From positions 279,434,001 through 279,498,000 of the forward strand of contig OZ024741.1 in NCBI GenBank assembly GCA_964016885.1: a DNA stretch of 64,000 nucleotides. The letters run 5' to 3'. The translations under genes were made by a program, and so were the position numbers. The first letter of the stretch is position 1. The number at the start of each line of letters is the position of its first letter. Positions 11,621 to 23,490 of this stretch are shown here, piece by piece. This DNA comes from Eledone cirrhosa (lineage: Eukaryota). The notes beneath the pieces are model-generated. The model saw nothing but the letters and a program-made list of their open reading frames with translations. It did not search any database and was not told the origin of the DNA.

Positions 11621-12124
11621 ACATGAAACCTGAGAAGTTTAGGGAAGGGACAAATAAATGTATGTTGTGATGTTGATGTCTTTTCAAGTAATAGTGGAAA
11701 TGAACTGAATTGGATTCAACTAAGAATAATATAAATTCAAAAAAATCATGGATTCTTTAGTAAGAGCTTACTCTTGCTGTTAATGGGATTATATCAACCA
11801 TTCATGTAAAATTTTGAGGGATTTACTAAAATTATTGATTATTTCATTACTAAGATAATAATGTAAGGTTCTTATATAAAATTACGTTGGAAGATTTTAA
11901 TTTAAATTGGAAACCTTTAAAATGGTTTCATAGAACCAGAGCCAGTTTTGGCTGGGTTGGTAAATAAAGGGTTAAAATGCTGACATACAAATTGAATGAA
12001 GATATAAATATTTAAAAAAAGAGAAGCAATTATATTGTATGATGAAAGAATCAAGAATTCTAGAATGTTTGAAGAAATATATTTAATAGCAGAGAAGGTT
12101 TAGCTGGACAATTTAGCACTTATC

Positions 12125-12388
12125 TCTAAAAGTCTGTCTTGAGCCCAGAGGCTCATCCAGCCAGTGCTTATTCCGGCTTCCATGGTGTTAAGCAACTGAG
12201 AGTACAAGACTCCCCACTAGACAGGATGCAAATCCATCATAGGGTTAAATCCCCAGCTATTGCTGGTACTCATTTTCAGGTGAGTGTTTTTGAGCAACAT
12301 GAAATGAAGTGTTTTGCTCAGGAATCGAACCCACTATATTATGATCTTAAGTTCAACACACTTACCATGAGGACATGCTCCTTCACTT
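12125..12388 (-). mobile_element. tRNA-derived SINE, family D
   Basis: Shares gagtacaagactcccc..ggat..ccagctattgctggtactcattttcag..gaaatgaagtgttttgctca..ggaatcgaac with 13793-14062. Confidence 0.75.
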
Positions 12389-13152
12389 GATCTCTAGGGT
12401 TTGAAAAAAATACTGTGTGTATTGGTGGGAAAGGATGTTAAAAGGTCAAAATAAATACCAATGTAGAAGTGCTTCTCATCCACACAAAATTTCCTGTTAA
12501 AATTTCTGCTTGGTTACTTTACACCAATACACAGTTAAACAAACATGAGCCTACCATTACACATTCAACCTACTAAAAATAGCAGCCAAATATTCCTTAA
12601 ATCACACTCAAGTGTGTTAAAAGGGGGAAGGAGAGGTGGGATAATGTGGTCTTTGACGTTAGAATGTTCAGAGCTGACCTAGAACTAAACAATACTTGGA
12701 AAAATGAAAACTGTTTTCAATGCAAGCAACATGTTGTTCCAAATATGTTAGAACTCCACTTAGACTTTTTAAATTAAACAGGATAAAAAAAAAAAACAGA
12801 GATGAAGAGGCTTAAAGAAAGGCTGCCACAGCAATGAAACAGAATAGGGTCACGGGTGGGGTGGGGATAAAAGTTTATTCAAAAATTTTGGTTTTGCTTA
12901 CAAAGTTGAAGGAATTAAAAAAATAAAGAAGGAAATAATATTTTACAACTGCAAAACAAAAACAGGTATTTTTGGAATCAGCTGTCGGTGGGTTACAAAT
13001 TGCAAAAGAACAGATTCAAATATTGATGACTGGTTTAAAGAATAACTGTATTAGGAAGAAATTGTCCTCTGTCATTCCACAATAACTGTGATAGAAAGAA
13101 ATTGTGTCATCCCACAAATGAGGCAACAATACTGCTGGAACTAAAAATCCCT

Positions 13153-13365
13153 TTAACACTTTAGCATTTACATTACTCTATATAAACTATTGTATTTTCA
13201 TGGTAAAGGCTTTACCTCACATAACATCGAATCTATGAGATTTTGATATTTATTTTGAGAACAATACCTTAACATCAGTATGAGTGGCCAGTTATGGCCA
13301 GTTTGAACAGAAAGAGGTGAGATAATTCTGGCCAGAAATGGCTGGTTTAAATGCTAAAGGGTTGA
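13153..13365. mobile_element. piggyBac-type MITE copy
   Basis: Diverged TIRs ttaacactttagcattta..taaatgctaaagggttga with the same body. Confidence 0.8.
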
Positions 13366-13792
13366 TATAATGATGGTTTCTGATTTCGGTACAAGATCAT
13401 CAATTCTGGGGGAAGGAGAAAGTCAAATCGACCCCAGTGCATTACTGGTACTCTATTTTATCAACCCTTATAAGGATGAAAGGCAAAGTTAATATAATGA
13501 TGTCCTAACAAGATATTCTCATATCTTCAATCAAATATCTGCTTGAAGTAATACAAGGTGTTGCAGACCTAATATGTTACAAACCTGTACCAGATTCTAT
13601 CATGTCTGATAAGAGGATGGCTACCCACACTATAACATCTAAACAAGTATCTTCAAACTCACCTATGAGATCAATATCTCAGACTTAACCCAACTATTTG
13701 TTCTCACTTCTTCCTGGGTCTACTCCACCTGCCCACTAACATTTATCACTTTGCATGTATTACAAGTCCAATACAAATATCTAAAGTTTGTC

Positions 13793-14062
13793 TGTCTTAA
13801 GCCATATAAGGCTTGTTAGGCTGGTGCTTACCCTGGTTTCACGACATGAAGTCAGAGTGAGTACAAGACTCCCCCTTGGACAGGACGCCAGTCTATCGCA
13901 GGATTAAACACCCAGCTATTGCTGGTACTCATTTTCAGCTAGTGTACTGAAGCAACGTGAAATGAAGTGTTTTGCTCAACAACACAACATGCAACCCAGG
14001 AATCGAACCAATAACATTATGATTGTAAGTCCAACATCCTTACCACTAAGCCAGGTGCCTCC
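13793..14062 (-). mobile_element. tRNA-derived SINE, family D
   Basis: On - the head reads ggaggcacctggcttagtggtaagg..ggttcgattcctggg (A/B boxes). Confidence 0.8.
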
Positions 14063-14584
14063 AACCAATACAAATATACTTCGTTAAAATCTTTACTTTT
14101 ACGTTATCTCATTTGATATTGCTAATAGCAAGGGATTGCTAAAATATCCTCCCAACAACATTTCAAAACAAAGTGACAGGGGAGGGGGGAAAGAAAAGAA
14201 ATATAAATGAAAAAGGAAAAAAAGCCCTTTTCTATGATAACCATGTCCATTAAAAATGAATAATTGCTTTATTAATTATCAGTTTTAAAATATTTGAAGT
14301 AAATAAAAAATGTTTGATCTAGTAATAGAAATATTTGTTATTTTCAAATTTTCCAAAGGATTATGATTATAATAGTAAGATATGATTACAGCATCATTCT
14401 GCTGCTATGAAGAGTCAAGAGACAAACCAATTCTACTGTTTGACAATATCAAATTGGAAATCTACCTTAGCGTTTCCATCATCAACGTAGCCATCTTAAA
14501 TCTCATTTGTCCAATTATTTCTTAAGAGCCATTTAACTAAATTTCCAAAATTAAATGACAACTTGAAACATGAACAGTAGTAGA

Positions 14585-15035
14585 AATAATAATAATTGTT
14601 TCTACTATAGGCACAAGGCCAGCAATTTTAGGGGAAGGAGAAAGTCAATTAAATTGACCCCAGTGCATAACTGGTACTTTGTTTTATCGATCCCGTAAGG
14701 ATGAAAGCCAAAGTTGGCCTAGGCAGGATTTGAACTCAGAACGTAGCAAGTTGTAACCAAATACTGCAAAATATTTTGTCCAACACTCTGCCAATCCACC
14801 ACCCCACCAGTAGAATTAGTAATAAAAACAATAATGATTTCTACTTTAGGCACAAGGCCAGAAATTGTTGGAGGGGAAAGTCGATTAAATTGACCCTAGT
14901 GCATTACTGGTGCTTTATTTTTTCGACCCCATAAGGATGAGAGGCAAAGCTAACCTCGGTGGGATTTGGACACAGACCGTAAAGGGCCGTAATTATGGTG
15001 CCGACGCTCTACCAATACTGCCAAACCACCACTCC
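14585..15035 (-). mobile_element. Two tandem SINE-A copies
   Basis: Cores at about 14600-14800 and 14835-15035, separated by AAT-rich spacers. Confidence 0.8.
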
Positions 15036-15302
15036 ACCAGTAGAACTAGTAATAAAAACAATGATGATAATAATAATAGTAATAATTGTTTCTAAACAAT
15101 GAATTTGTTTCATTTCTTTAAGAGAACATAATTTCTTTTTAAATGAGTTTAAAAAAAAAATACATAAAAAAAATATCTGAACTGCAAACAGTTGTAGGAA
15201 ACATCACAGATGTGTTAATGGTTTTGGGGTAAAATATATGCCATGATTTCCACAGATCAGGGGAAATATTGCTACTAATATATATGTGTGTGTGTGTGTG
15301 TG

Positions 15303-15345
<43 letters not shown>

Positions 15346-15887
15346 TGTACAAAAAAAATAGATGCAGCCTCATTATAAATGGATTTTTTTTCTTCCTCAA
15401 AGTCATTTTTTTTCCCCAAAAAATTTCTTTTGTAAGTGAAAATTCTATTAAACATGGATTTTTGAGAGAAAAAAAAAAAAGAATCCAGAAAAGGAGTGTT
15501 CAAGTTTCCAGCTTGGGATGTCCAAGGAATTAGTTTACAGCAATGATGTACCCTAAACTTGATGAGGGACACCCAATGTGGAGATAGGGGAGGGAACTCT
15601 TGTGCTACCACTTTGGGGGGAGGGGAGAAGACGGTTGATTCTGACTTGAATTGGACACCAACTTTTATGCCAAGTCTGGGAAATTCAGATTTAATCCATT
15701 CAGCATCTTCTTCCCAAGTTCCCCAACCGACATACGGCGATGGAGTAGTAGCTAAAACTTTTTATGCTCAACGTCAAAACCAGTTGGTTAAACAATGGAA
15801 GGACCATTTACATGAAAATGGAACCAAACTGATTACGTTTTTATCCTGATAAGCTAATAATTGCAGTCACTTCAGAAGTTTATATGT

Positions 15888-16013
15888 TCACTCTTCTTGC
15901 ACGGTAAAATGTGTCACTTGAAATACAAAACAATGATTGCAGACGCGTACTGGCTTCACGTGTCCATACTGGGGCAATGGGACAGAGTTAGCTGAGCAAC
16001 GAGAACAAAACAC
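15888..16013 (-). CDS. ZFYVE28: Lateral signaling target protein 2 homolog, last coding exon (C-terminal half of FYVE)
   Basis: ttttcag acceptor; [22 protein letters not shown], containing the FYVE RVC motif. Confidence 0.95.
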   Translation of the reverse strand: MFCSRCSANSVPLPQYGHVKPVRVCNHCFVFQVTHFTVQEE

Positions 16014-16164
16014 CTGAAAAGATAAAAAGTAAAAAATAAAATAACAAAATAATATATAGTAAACAATGAAATAACAAAATAATATACTTGTGAGATAGTT
16101 CATCCATACTTTATCATCATTTTTATGTCCCCTTTTCTGTACTTAAAAAAATTAATTTTCATCT

Positions 16165-16498
16165 TCATGCTGGTGTCATGACAAAAAGCATCTGGCCCAG
16201 TCTGTAAGGTGTTCATACTTGCACCACCACAAAAACACCCAGTTGCCCCTGTAAGGTAGCAGTGCTGATGACATGACAAAAAGCACCTAATCCACCCTAT
16301 AAGGTAACTAGTGCTGGTGCCATGACAAAAGGCTTCCAATTCATTCTGTAAAGTAGTTGGTGTTAGAAAGAGCATCCAACTGTAGAGAACCAAGCCAAAG
16401 CTGAACCATATGAACAAGATACGAGCACCTGACAAGATTAGACCCATAACACAACAACCCATTTAACATATGCAAACATGAAAAATAAACATGATGAT
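16165..16498 (+). mobile_element. SINE family C (RTE-tailed) in an LST2 intron
   Basis: Repeated gtgctggtgccatgacaaaaagcaccc subunits, gttggtgttagaaagagcatccaactgtag, and a gatgatg tail. Confidence 0.65.
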
Positions 16499-16607
16499 GT
16501 TTTGTTTCCTTTTGTTTATTGTCAATCTGAATGCTTTGAATTGTAATTAAAACAGGGAAATACAAGACATATAACAACAAAATCAATAACCAAAATTTAA
16601 TATTTAC

Positions 16608-16711
16608 CTTGCCACAGTTTCTACAATGATGCCGCCTCTTCACAAATGTGAATGGAGCTTTGCAAGATGAACAGTGAGGACATTGTTCATCGGGAACCCA
16701 AGGAGGTGGTT
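16608..16711 (-). CDS. ZFYVE28: LST2 exon (N-terminal half of FYVE)
   Basis: [35 protein letters not shown] carries the WxxD and RRHHCR signatures; tag/gt junctions are phase-consistent. Confidence 0.96.
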
Positions 16712-16849
16712 CTACAAACAAACAAATCACATTGTTTCAAACAGTTACCAAACAAAAACAAAATATATTTAGCACAAAAAAAAAAAAAAACCTATTAATA
16801 TATAGTATTTATTTTTATTTATATATATATAGCTTATTTATTGTTTCCA

Positions 16850-17200
16850 TGTTTGTATTATCGTAGGCCCCTTCCTTTGGCCACAAACGACCATGGTTTT
16901 GCACCTGGAATGTCCCCTTCTGAGACACAAGCCTGAGAAAGGTGTGTTTGTGGAAAACCAGCAGTAACCCATGCATTCCAGTCTTCCTTCTCTACGCCAC
17001 TGATGTTGTCCAAGGGAAAGGCAATGGCTGATACAACTGGGCACCAGTGACGCAGCAACTCATTTCTACAGCTGAGTGAACTGGGGCAACGTGAAATAAA
17101 GTGTTTTTCCTGAAGAACACAACGCACCGCCCAATCCAGGATTTGAACTCACAACCTTACAATTGTGAGCTCAACACTAACCACTAAGCCATACGCCTTC
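16850..17200 (-). mobile_element. tRNA-derived SINE
   Basis: On - the head reads gaaggcgtatggcttagtggttag..gagttcaaatcctgg..cactttatttcacgttg. Confidence 0.75.
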
Positions 17201-17577
17201 ACCCTGTTTATATTATTGTTCATATATCCAGTAATCTTGGTATATGACATACCAATCCTGGAGTCCAAACATTAACTACATTCAACATTTGTCAATTATT
17301 GGCAGCACTGGTCTACAAGTTTGATATAAGAATCTTTCATTAAGTCATCTTATAAATGCAATCTTTGTAATGAATTGATTCCTGTAAATCACACCAAATT
17401 CTTTATTAAATAATTCAAATATAGTGTATTTCATTAGTAATATGGTAATGAAAAGGTTAAAAAGACACGGCATATTAAAACTTCTGCTTCTGCTACAAGA
17501 ACAGACCCAGCCATGTCTTATGAAACCAACAATTAAATGATTGTGTGACTGGTCGAGTGAATAAATAGAAAACTTAC

Positions 17578-17868
17578 CTTGGAATGTCCTTGAGCGTGCA
17601 TACTGTTCAAGGTGTTGATCGTCATCACTGCTGGCACTACGAGCTAATAATGGAGGAGATGGCAAACCCGTTGAACCAGAAGCAGCAATGTGATGTGGCA
17701 CACCAACACTTCCCATTGTATGATTGGAGCCAGCTGTGTAAAGTTGAGAACCACTCTCAATAGCATTGTCAGCCATTACTAATGGTTCAGAACAGTTAAT
17801 ATCAAAGACTGCCTTGAGGATACTCCGTAGATCACTGGCAAAATTGGTTTGCAATTGATCGGCTACAC
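17578..17868 (-). CDS. ZFYVE28: LST2 exon
   Basis: GVADQLQTNFASDLRSILKAVF is a conserved LST2 block; ctag acceptor and gtaag donor. Confidence 0.95.
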
Positions 17869-18182
17869 CTAGAAAAAGAGGTTCAAGTTTTAACTGTGAT
17901 AAAATCATTCTCTTCTCAAACCAATAATACTAGATCCTTAGAACCAAGAACTAATAAATCTGCTCTTTTAGCATTCTCATATCAAAAAGCACTCTGCCCC
18001 ATTGAAAGGTGGCCATGGTGGTGCCATGACAAAAAGCACCCAATTCACCCTGAAAGGTGGTTGTGCTGATGCCAAGACAAAAAATACTCCTAGTTCATGT
18101 TGCAAAGAAATTAATGATAGGAAGGACATCCAGTTCTAAAGAAAAGAAAGAATCATTGCAGTCACCAAAAAATATCACTTAC

Positions 18183-18343
18183 CTGATATACAAACAAAAA
18201 GTCGATGAATAAGATCACTACTATTTTGAAAACGTGAACGAGCTTCATTACGGGAAGCAAGCTCTGCAGCTTGGATAGCAAGGGCTATCTCCTCATCATC
18301 ATGGCAATCAGAATTATACGAACTTGTTTCACTACTGGCACAA
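18183..18343 (-). CDS. ZFYVE28: LST2 exon
   Basis: [53 protein letters not shown](G); ccag/gtaagt junctions; phases fit both neighbours. Not in the ORF track. Confidence 0.95.
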
Positions 18344-18398
18344 CTGGAAGAGGAGGAAAATAAAACTTAAGTCACTCACAGCCTTACTTTATAGGATA

Positions 18399-18867
18399 AT
18401 TTTTTAATGATCAATAAGTTCTCAGACCTCATTCACTTTCCACTCCACTCGGTAAGCGAATGAGGTCTGGGAACTTATTGATCATTAAAAAATATAAAGT
18501 AACAAAAGGTTCTTGTTTCTAATTATGTTTGAAGATATTAATTTAAACTTTTTCAAATGGATGGTTTTGCTTAAAAAAAAACAACTCAGAAGCAGTTTAG
18601 GGCAGGTTTGTGTTAAACAAGTCAATGTCTTATCATCATCATCATCATCATTATCATCAACGTGATGATGATAAGACATTGACTTGTTTAACACAAACCT
18701 GCCCTACACTGCTTCTGAGTTGTTTTTTTTTAAGCAAAACCATCCATTTGAAAAAGTTTAAATTAATATCTTCAAACATAATTAGAAACAAGAACCTTTT
18801 GTTACTTTATATTTTTTAATGATCACTAAGTTCCCAGACCTCATTCGCTTACCGAGTGGAGTGGAAA
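18399..18867. repeat. Long near-perfect inverted repeat (~205-bp arms) plus a nested short inverted copy
   Basis: 18437-18641 is the reverse complement of 18663-18867, and 18399-18434 is the reverse complement of about 18458-18493. The ORF track shows mirror ORFs 18485-18694(-) and 18610-18819(+). Confidence 0.95.
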
Positions 18868-19057
18868 CTCATCAAATTGGACCAAGGAAACAAAGTTTCC
18901 ATTGGTATTTCCATTGCTGATACTATCTACCAACTGCAACTCCTGGTAGAAAGAGCAACATGATATAAAGGACAAAACGCATCACCTGTTCTGGGAATCG
19001 AACTCACAACCTCATGATTGCAAATCCAACTCTCTAACCACTAAGCCACGTGTCTTC
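18830..19057 (-). mobile_element. SINE family B copy, its 3' part captured in the palindrome
   Basis: On - the head reads gaagacacgtggcttagtggttagagag..gagttcgattccc; the body matches 5162-5540. Confidence 0.8.
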
Positions 19058-19309
19058 AATATCATCTTAATAATGAAATAATGGTTTTAGTAAATCCCTC
19101 CAAATACCTTCATTGATTCACTTGAGTACAGTGCATTTCATTAGAAATATGGTAATGAAGGAGTTTAAGTACACAATGGTAAAAGGACATTTCAAATAAA
19201 CTAAGAAACTAAGTTAACCCTTTTAATAGCAATTCACCTTTTTTAATACCAACTCTCAGTTAAAACAGAAAAAAAAGAAATATAGAAAAAGATGTGGACA
19301 ATAACTAAC

Positions 19310-20962
19310 CTTTCTCGATCCCACTCACAGTCACTACCAACACTACAGCCACTGCGACAACTGGAGCAGGTTGAACTGATGCTCTCTGTATAGCGTAACC
19401 GTTGGATCCTTGGAATTTCCAGACAAGCTTCCGAGTCATCTGGTAACATAGCACCATGGCTCACACTGCTCCCACCACTACCACCAACACTACCTCGACG
19501 GTAAGGATTACCAGCCTTGTGTTGGAATTTTTCAAGGGCACATGCATTCATTGCTGTACTGAACTTCAATGCACCTTTGCAGTCTGGCTCAGTGACGCGA
19601 TTTGAGTGGCACACCTTCCGCTTGTTCTTAATGAGGTCTCCCCCAGTATGGCTAGTTGCTTCCGTGTTGCGACGACAGCTCCCTAAATAGTGACTGGCTG
19701 GCCGGATTGTGGCAGCTGATTCAGTGCATTCTTGTAACAGATGATCATGGCTTGAGTTATGTGTTGGGTGAAGTTGTTGTTTAGGATTAATCTGTTGTTG
19801 TTGTTGCTGCTGCTGCTGCTGCTGCGGTTGTTGCTGCTGCTGCTGTTGTGACTGCTGTTGTGACAGTGATGATGATGAAGATGAGGAGTTTTCTTGCACA
19901 TCCTCCTGCTGCTGCTGTAGTCCTGCTTCATGTATAGCATCAATATCTTCAACAGAACTTGATGGCTGTATCGATATACGAGGAATTTCAAATTGGATAT
20001 CATACTGCCAGCTTTGGGTCATTGCGGCTGGTATTTCCGCAGTGGATGGGAGTTGGGGTGACAGAGATGAAAGGGGTGTGAATGAGGGCATCGACAGGTT
20101 CTGGCTTACTAAAAGGTCAGTTATATCATGTGTAGTCAAAATGTCTGTGGATTTGTTGGGGCTTTCGCAAGCCTCCTGTTTGTGTCGAACTTGTTTTGGG
20201 GATGGAGTAGATGATGGTGAGGATGGGTAGGAGTGTTGGTGTTGATAGCTTAATGAATGTGACTCTTGTTGAGGCTGTGATGGTGACTGGCTAGATGGGG
20301 TTGATGGTAATCTTGCTGTGTCATAAAGTTCAGCCCCACAACTAGCTTGGGCAGCACCAACTCTGTCATTTGGAATGTTGTTGTTGTTGTTGTTAATATT
20401 ATTATTGGTACTACTACTACTATTGCTACTAGTGTCCATGGCACAATCGGCAGAACTGTGGTGGTCATCATCATCATATGATGACACCGGATTATTGCTT
20501 AAACTCCCACTGGAGCCAATATTCTCACTAGAAAAGCCTGAGTCTTTACTGGCACATTTATTCAAAGAAGAAATCTCTACACTTTCAACAGTTCGGTGGT
20601 CACTGGCTGGTGACCCTTTGAGTATTATGGTGACCACAGATGGAGAATGACTCATCTGTCCAATACTAAATTCACCCTCACTGTCAGGAGTGACCGGGCT
20701 ACCTGAGCTGGGAGAATGGACCAAAATATCTTCCTGACAAGTAGCAGAGTCTTGGTATAGGGCAGGAGTTAAGGGAGAGATGGTTAAAAACCGGGCATCC
20801 ATAGCTGCAACCTTTTCTGTTTGACATGACACTTGTGACTGGCTGTCCATATCAGATTGATTAATCAACGTGGAAGACAGGTCTATTTCTGGCTCATCTG
20901 CACTGCATAGGGCCTTCTCTAATGTAAATAATTCATCCCGGCTGAGAGTGTAAAGAAGTTCT
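19310..20962 (-). CDS. ZFYVE28: LST2 large exon (1653 bp): end of conserved N-terminal region plus long Ser/Gln/Asn/His-rich disordered linker
   Basis: Open for about 551 codons; starts (R)ELLYTLSRDELFTLEKALC; ttttcag acceptor and AG|gttagt donor; contains polyQ and polyN tracts. Confidence 0.92.
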
Positions 20963-21063
20963 CTGAAAACAGATGCAAAAGAAAGAAAATGCTTTACAAA
21001 TTTCCTGATGATTTCTTTTGAATGAAACAGTTCTAGTCCTGTAGAAGCCATTTCTATATTAAA

Positions 21064-21110
<47 letters not shown>

Positions 21111-21113
21111 CAT

Positions 21114-21146
<33 letters not shown>

Positions 21147-21288
21147 AAACGGTATTTATTTACACATCCAAACAGTATTTCAACAACTTATAGTTTACTT
21201 ATTTAGTCATGTGTGCATGTGGTGTTATCTTTTATGTTGGAGGGTCTTTTACTAAACACACACATACATAAACAAATACACATAATCA

Positions 21289-21482
21289 AATAATTGTTTC
21301 TACTTTTGGCACAAGGCCAGCAATTACCCAGTGTATTACTGGTACTTTATTTTATCGACCCCCTAAGGATGAAAGGCAAAGTTAACCTCGGCAGGATTTG
21401 AACTCAGAATGGCAAGGGCCGTAACTCTATGCGTCAAAGCATGGCGTTCGACCCTCTACCGATACTGCCAATTCACCGCCCT
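21289..21482 (-). mobile_element. SINE family A copy, near-identical to 3199-3390
   Basis: Direct visual match. Confidence 0.85.
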
Positions 21483-22001
21483 AATATAATCAAATAATGA
21501 AATGACAGAAGTAAAGAGAAACAACTCGTCTGTGAAAAACCAAGATCATATTCTGCAGGGGGGGGGGGTTAAAACTTCAGCTTTTCTTGCAAAAAAGCTT
21601 CGTTAGTGAAACTTGTATCATGTCCATGAGATATCCAGGGAACATAGATGTAATTTGCTAAATGTCACATCCCACGGTATGATGGGAAATTGCTGAAACC
21701 CTTTCATTGAAGTAACAGCAGAAAAGGGGACAAACTAACAAAGTAGTTAGGGTGACAAAAGGACCTCATCTCTTCATCACACATTTGGTTTGGCATGCTT
21801 TCAAAAGAAGACAGCATGTGTTTGGAAGGAACCCACACAAAAACAGAAATACAATAGAGCTTCAGGAAATTAGAGTTGTTTTGAATGGTAGAATGAGTCC
21901 ACCTTTATTGTTACAACCCTGACAATATATGTTATAGGCATCTCCCCTCAAATCAGGTGTAAATTTAAAACCCGAAAGTCACTCCAAACAAGGAAACTCT
22001 T

Positions 22002-22217
22002 TTAACCCTTTAGCATTTAAACCGGCCGTATCTGGCCAGAATTCTCTCACAACTTTCTGTTCAAACCGGGTACTCATTTAGACATTAAGGTATTGTTCTC
22101 AAAATAAATATCAAAATCTCATAGATATGATATTATATGGGATAATCATGTGAGGTAAAGCCTTTACCATGGAAATATATTAGTATTTATAGAGTAATGT
22201 AAATGCTAAAGGGTTAA
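22002..22217. mobile_element. piggyBac-type MITE copy
   Basis: Intact TTAA-CCCTTTAGCATTTA / TAAATGCTAAAGGG-TTAA. Confidence 0.88.
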
Positions 22218-22339
22218 AGTAGTCCTATTGATAGACAATGTACTCACACTAAAAGACATCAGATGAAATAAAGTCTTTGGTTAATGATAATATAACCATG
22301 AGCTTAGAAACATGTAAAAGGCCCGCAGACAGGTTTTTG

Positions 22340-22660
22340 AGAGGGTCCTGTCAGGAGCAACAGTCACCAAATGACTAAGTTGGATCCCCAGGTGAGACCA
22401 AGCTCATGGATGTTATCAAAGTATCTTGCTCGTAATCTACCCTTGGCTCTCCTGCCAGTGGGTTTTGGGCTGTAACATCTGTCTTGCAATTCTTTCCATA
22501 GACATTCTAACCACATGCCTGTAGTATCAAAGCTGTGATCTCTCGGATGTTTGTATTCATAATTGTATTCTTTAAGCCACTACCCAAGATTCATGACCAT
22601 AGGAAAGGGTAGACACATATACCAAACTGAAGTCATCATCATCATCATTTTACGTCCGCT
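22340..22660 (-). mobile_element. Degenerate RTE-like LINE 3' fragment
   Basis: Similar to 51040-51420 and 53750-54150 (gtcctgtcag.agcaac..gacattctaaccacatgcc..gctgtgatctctc). Confidence 0.6.
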
Positions 22661-22915
22661 TTTCCCTACTTGCAATGGTGGGAGTATAGATTTAATTGAT
22701 ATAAAGGATGATGACGATGGTGGTGCTTGTGTTCATCTCATTTCCCCCACCACCATCATCACACTTTATTTCAATCATCTTCACCCCCCCCCCCCCCACC
22801 CCACCCACACACACAGAGTAAATGTTATGTTTAGTTGATTGATTGAAATAACCCTAAACAAAAATTTACTTTTGTTTAGTTGATGGAGTTGCATTTTAGA
22901 ACAGATTTCTGTGGT

Positions 22916-23336
22916 TTAACCCTTTAGTATTTAAACTGGCCATATCCAGCCAGAATTCTCTCACCTCTTTCTATTCAAACCGGCTATAACCAGCTGCTCA
23001 TACTGACAAGTGTTTTCCGTGAAAATACAATAGTAAATATAGAGTGACTAGAATTTTTTTCCATACGCTGACGTGCATGTGTATATGTATGTGCCTATGC
23101 ATACATTTATATATATGAGTATATAAATATAAACGCACAAACACAGACACACAAACACACACACTGACACACAGCGTAGTTTCACCATCCCTTTCTTTCC
23201 TTTCGCAAACATATACATTCACGCAGGCAACAGACGTAAAGAGAGAGTAGTATGAGGTAGTCAAACTACTCCTCTCTTTAAGTGTTCTAACAGAATTGCA
23301 GACATTTATATATAGTTGTAAATGCTAAAGGGTTAA
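22916..23336. mobile_element. Longer (~420 bp) member of the piggyBac-type MITE family
   Basis: Same TIRs and TTAA; about 250 bp of extra internal sequence including CA repeats. Confidence 0.75.
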
Positions 23337-23388
23337 AATCTTTTTAGTAATCAAATTGTCTCAGCAATGCATTACATGAAAACTGTAC

Positions 23389-23490
23389 CTTATTTTATAA
23401 AGGAGGGGCTGAAAAGGACGGAACATCTCCGACATATTGCTAGTTTCCATGTCTGGATTTAATGGACCTTCAGGGTATACCAGAAGACCG
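23389..23490 (-). CDS. ZFYVE28: LST2 exon
   Basis: [34 protein letters not shown]; tttcag/gtacag junctions. Confidence 0.95.

Noticed and set aside
20963-21123. N-terminus of the 626-aa ORF as an LST2 start
   Set aside because: It is intronic (TA repeat). The acceptor at 20963-20965 joins the upstream exon in frame.
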